IMG/VR virus record: IMGVR_UViG_3300020042_002598
Span: 1 to 38,359 of that record
Direction: 5' to 3' (one strand)
Source: a virus
Lineage: Duplodnaviria; Caudoviricetes
Length of the DNA: 38,359 bases
The notes below the pieces were generated by a model that had not been told where the DNA came from, did not search any database, and worked only from the letters and a program-made list of their open reading frames with translations. The translations under genes were made by a program, and so were the position numbers. Of this stretch, positions 35,172 through 38,359 are shown piece after piece. The first letter of the stretch is position 1. Each line of letters starts with the position of its first letter.

Positions 35172-37220
35172 TTATGGTGCAGCCAGGTAATTGGTTGGCT
35201 GCTCTGGCATTGGCTGTGGCGCCAACATGTTTCGCGCAGCAATAGCACCACCAGCAGCAGCTGCAGTACCAAGCATTGCCGCGGGAGTGGCAGCACCATA
35301 GTAAAGCTCTCGCCAATCACCTTGCTTCATCACCGGCTTAATACCGGTGTACCCTGCCTGCTTGTGCGCGGTTAAGGCGTCGCGCATTTCTTCCCATGAC
35401 TGCTTGGGCAACAACCGGTAGTCAGGATGGGCAAACTCATGGGGCTCCAACCTCTGACGGTACACATCCCATTTGCGCCACTGCTCTGGGAACAACTCAA
35501 TCGCTGGATTTGCGCCCCTAGACTCATCCACATAATCAACCACTCGCTTATAAAACGGGTTGAAGTCTTGCAGCTGCTTTGGCTCAAACGCCAACTTTTC
35601 GGGCGTGGCCACACTAGGTATTTCATTCAATTCACCAGTTTTGGTGCGGTACATCTTGGACAATGATGATCCACCAATCACATCAATTGCAGCCTTCTCA
35701 ACCTTCTTGGTCGGCACTCCCAAAATAGCTTCTTTGGTTGGTTCCACTCCCAACTTGCCAGCCATGCGCGTTCTAAAAGCCTCGCCCACAATCGGATCAT
35801 CCAACATCCTCTCATACGAGTGCCGGATCATGTGCAAATCAACTGCCGACGTATTCGCACGGTTCAAATCCAACCAAGGCGTACCAAGCGAGGCGGTCTT
35901 TGGACCCAAGCCTGGCACCTGATTCATCACCCTCAACGTCACATCCCTCATAGTCTCACCAGGCGCAATTTGGAACATCTCCGGCTTGTCCAAAATTAAC
36001 TTGGCCAACATCGCCTGATTCTTCAACTCAGCCGTGCCAAGCACTCCCATGCCACCACGGCCAGCTGCCTGCACACCAGTCTCTTTTTGCAAATTCTGAG
36101 ACAAACCAGGCTCGCCAACCCTACCGGCCAGCGCCTTCAACTCATCCATATTCGTCAACCTCAACCGCTGCGCCAAAAATTCATTGGGCGTCAACGGCGC
36201 ATTAGGCGACAACTGAGCAAAACTTAACCGGTTAAACATATCCACTTGATCCGGATTGGCCACCTCATGCGTCCTAATCAACTTCTGCATCAGCTTGTCA
36301 TGCACGTCCTTTGGCAACGCAGCAGGGTCAATGTTGTTGGCTTTCATCCAAAACATGTCCGGCACCGTAAACTTGCCCTCCAAACCACCAGGTATCTTAA
36401 TCTCCCTCTTGCTAGTCAAATCAGTAATGCCAAGCGACTTAGGCTCGGTCACCGTCATATTCACCCCATGCTTCTCGCCCCAAGCCTTCCACTCAGCCTC
36501 GGTTGCCTTCGCACCCGGTGTCGTTGGCGCCTCACCCTTCATCCTTGTGCGCGTGGCCAATGCATCATCAATCACCGACTTGGGCACATAGCCGTTAATC
36601 TTAAAAGCCGGATTGTTCAGTATCGAATTCGCTATGTCTGGGTTGCCCTTCAATAACTTCTTAACCTCAGAACGCGGCACCGCACTACCCGTCACTTCAC
36701 CAGTAAAAGCCAAATCAGCTAAATCTTTGTCTTTGCTGCTTAATTTTTCATATTGCGCTGTAATTTCTTGTAATCTCTTTGCATCAACTTTTGATCTTGC
36801 AGCGCCAGGCTGAACCGCAAAAGAAGGTTGCGGCGTAATTCCCCGCAACGGTCCTTCGTTAAACATTCCGCGCTCAACCTGTTGCAGCGCCTCTTTACCC
36901 AAAAACTTTGCAGCAGGGCCAAGCGTTGTACGCAATGCCTGCATACCAGGTCCAACCAAAGTAGCCATGCCAGTGGCATACCCCTGCTCACCTCGACCAA
37001 TAATATTTTGATAATTTGGGTGCATTACGCTAAACCCCATCTGGTCAGGACGGGTACCCATCATGCCACTTAGAAAAGCATATGTCTGCGGATCAGGCAA
37101 AGTATTGACATCCCTTTGCTGCGCTAATGCTCTTGCTCTTTCCCCTTGACGCTGAATATTTGGGTTGTAATATCCCAATGCATTCTTTTGATCCGCAGGC
37201 GCTAGTTTGTTTGTAGCCAT
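35172..37220 (-). CDS. 682-aa protein with HhH-GPD DNA glycosylase/AP-lyase-like domain and ejection-protein-like termini
   Basis: QVPGLGPKTAS (HhH + Lys) followed by AVDLHMIR (catalytic Asp-x-His), with upstream LSFAQLSPN. ATG 37220 follows AGGGG. Confidence 0.7.
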   Translation of the reverse strand: MATNKLAPADQKNALGYYNPNIQRQGERARALAQQRDVNTLPDPQTYAFLSGMMGTRPDQMGFSVMHPNYQNIIGRGEQGYATGMATLVGPGMQALRTTLGPAAKFLGKEALQQVERGMFNEGPLRGITPQPSFAVQPGAARSKVDAKRLQEITAQYEKLSSKDKDLADLAFTGEVTGSAVPRSEVKKLLKGNPDIANSILNNPAFKINGYVPKSVIDDALATRTRMKGEAPTTPGAKATEAEWKAWGEKHGVNMTVTEPKSLGITDLTSKREIKIPGGLEGKFTVPDMFWMKANNIDPAALPKDVHDKLMQKLIRTHEVANPDQVDMFNRLSFAQLSPNAPLTPNEFLAQRLRLTNMDELKALAGRVGEPGLSQNLQKETGVQAAGRGGMGVLGTAELKNQAMLAKLILDKPEMFQIAPGETMRDVTLRVMNQVPGLGPKTASLGTPWLDLNRANTSAVDLHMIRHSYERMLDDPIVGEAFRTRMAGKLGVEPTKEAILGVPTKKVEKAAIDVIGGSSLSKMYRTKTGELNEIPSVATPEKLAFEPKQLQDFNPFYKRVVDYVDESRGANPAIELFPEQWRKWDVYRQRLEPHEFAHPDYRLLPKQSWEEMRDALTAHKQAGYTGIKPVMKQGDWRELYYGAATPAAMLGTAAAAGGAIAARNMLAPQPMPEQPTNYLAAP

Positions 37221-37495
37221 AAATAAACCCCTGTTTTGATTGCTTGAATATACATTAAAAAAATAAAAAATTGTGTGCGGGGGCACCCGTTCTTGTGACC
37301 TTTTGCGCCGGTACCCCCCCGCCCCCCAAAAATTTGGCGGGCGGCCCATGGGCGCCGGTTGCGGCCTGCTGGCCGGTATGTCCTAAGTTATCCACAGATT
37401 TGCAACGCATTTTGGGTGCAGTTAAGCACAGCGCCCTGTGCATAACTGTAATTTGCCTATTTATTGTGCAAAATTGCTGTAGTTATCCACAGCGC

Positions 37496-37523
37496 GGTTA
37501 ACATAATAGTCATTGTGTTAAAC
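37496..37523. other. dif-like XerC/XerD recombination site
   Basis: GGTTAACATAA-TAGTCA-TTGTGTTAAAC, 11-6-11 geometry, versus E. coli dif GGTGCGCATAA-TGTATA-TTATGTTAAAT. Confidence 0.7.
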
Positions 37524-37556
37524 CGATTATGTAAGGTTGGTGTAAGAGAGTATATA

Positions 37557-37569
37557 AATCAATGGCTTA
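37557..37569 (+). promoter_or_regulatory. IHF consensus site
   Basis: AATCAATGGCTTA matches WATCAANNNNTTR exactly. Confidence 0.55.
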
Positions 37570-37590
37570 CAGCAATAAGTTATCCACACG

Positions 37591-38064
37591 TCACTTTGGC
37601 TCTACGTCTGTTACGTCATCCGACTTGGCCATTCCGATTTGCACTCGAGCTTGCGCCTGCTCTAACGCCTGAATGACGCTGATCCGGTTGTCGCTGACGC
37701 TGACATCGAGCCGGTCACCGTATGTCCGCGGCTTGAGCTTGCTGGCCACCCATTTGCGAGCATCGACCTGCAGGCGCTTTTGGTTCACCCATGCGCTTAC
37801 TGCAACGCCTTCTAAATGGTCAGGGATAGGTTGATCTGCCAGTTCGACAATCTCCTCTGCCAAACGGTCTGCTCGCTGCTCTACGGCCTTTTGATAGGCT
37901 TCCTTGAGCTTATCGTCAGCCTGCAACATTCGCCAAGCGTGAACGTAGCTTGGCATACCAGGCTCGCGCAAAGCGCCAGATAGGCTGGCGCCACTGCTGA
38001 TCTTGTCCAAGATGCCAGGCCAAATGTCTGCGGTGTATTCGATTGGTCGTCCCATTTGCCCCAT
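37591..38064 (-). CDS. terS: Terminase small subunit
   Basis: GRPIEYT...ISSGASL...PGMPS HTH, RLQVDARKWVASKLKPRTYGD. Confidence 0.9.
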   Translation of the reverse strand: MGQMGRPIEYTADIWPGILDKISSGASLSGALREPGMPSYVHAWRMLQADDKLKEAYQKAVEQRADRLAEEIVELADQPIPDHLEGVAVSAWVNQKRLQVDARKWVASKLKPRTYGDRLDVSVSDNRISVIQALEQAQARVQIGMAKSDDVTDVEPK

Positions 38065-38178
38065 TTTTTGCCCTTTTAGATAAAACCTATCGGCACCGCA
38101 ATGTCGATAGTCACACTCTCACGCGTATCTATTTCAAAAGTTTCGCGGTCGTAAATCGCCCGACCCTTTTTTCTCACC

Positions 38179-38212
38179 AAAAAAACGGGGTACTTACACA
38201 ACGCTTTCCCCC
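38179..38212 (-). terminator. Terminator-like hairpin upstream of terS
   Basis: GGGG...CCCC stem followed by G and T7 on the - strand. Confidence 0.55.
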
Positions 38213-38236
38213 AAAGTGGCAACTGCAATGCCGCCA

Positions 38237-38359
38237 TTATGCTATCACTTCAATTTCAACCGCATAGACTTTGGGTCCATCTTTGCGCTGGCTGTATTGC
38301 CAATCCAAACCTTTGTGGCCATCGTCAACGCCAAGCCAGTCTGCGACACCATCGCGCAC
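38237..38359 (-). CDS. C-terminal fragment of a RusA-like resolvase (partial, runs off the window)
   Basis: VRDGVADWLGVDDG...WQYSQ...AVEIEV* resembles the C-terminal half of RusA-family proteins. Confidence 0.55.
   Translation of the reverse strand: MRDGVADWLGVDDGHKGLDWQYSQRKDGPKVYAVEIEVIA

Larger units (their letters stand above)
37388..37588. promoter_or_regulatory. Cluster of DnaA boxes
   Basis: TTATCCACA at 37388, 37483 and 37580. Reverse TTATGCACA at 37437 and TTTTGCACA at 37465. Degenerate TTAAGCACA at 37422. Confidence 0.8.

Noticed and set aside
1148-37073. Numerous 60-225 aa opposite-strand or alternate-frame ORFs in the track (e.g. 2391-3068, 14411-15019, 22030-22635)
   Set aside because: They are shadows of well-supported genes with no motifs or RBS.
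37314-37326. G-quadruplex or KOPS on the minus strand
   Set aside because: Only two long adjacent G-runs, and no GGGNAGGG match here.
37221-37349. ORF-track N-terminal extension of the 725-aa ORF
   Set aside because: It runs through A/T tracts and G-runs of the intergenic element. ATG 37220 has an RBS.
1-38359. Terminal redundancy / complete circular genome
   Set aside because: The ends do not overlap and both cut through ORFs, so absence of an integrase or repressor cannot be concluded for the whole genome.

Overview
A near-complete but non-circular (~38 kb) tailed-phage genome segment with a P22-like (podovirus) virion module and an APSE-like replication module. It resembles uncultured freshwater proteobacterial phages, though the host is only inferred. 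From left to right: (1) translationally coupled micro-ORFs; (2) a minus-strand replication operon (Cas4-like/DUF2800 nuclease, putative SSB, an inserted membrane protein + PAPS-reductase/DndC-like pair, family A DNA polymerase, NUMOD4-HNH endonuclease, primase-helicase); (3) a symmetric divergent promoter; (4) a plus-strand block with VRR-NUC, an SNF2-type helicase and small genes; (5) a long minus-strand late operon covering terS, terL, portal, fibres/spike, scaffold, coat, gp4/gp10-like proteins, three ejection proteins and lysis genes. No integrase, tRNA or CRISPR array is visible. The most striking locus lies between terS and terL. It holds a ~370 bp intergenic element with a DnaA-box cluster, an IHF consensus site and a 28-bp dif-like site. 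Next to it is a 682-aa protein with an HhH-GPD DNA-glycosylase/AP-lyase motif whose termini share an N-x-L-A-P motif with the ejection proteins, suggesting a virion-delivered DNA glycosylase. All family assignments come from motif recognition; no database searches were run.
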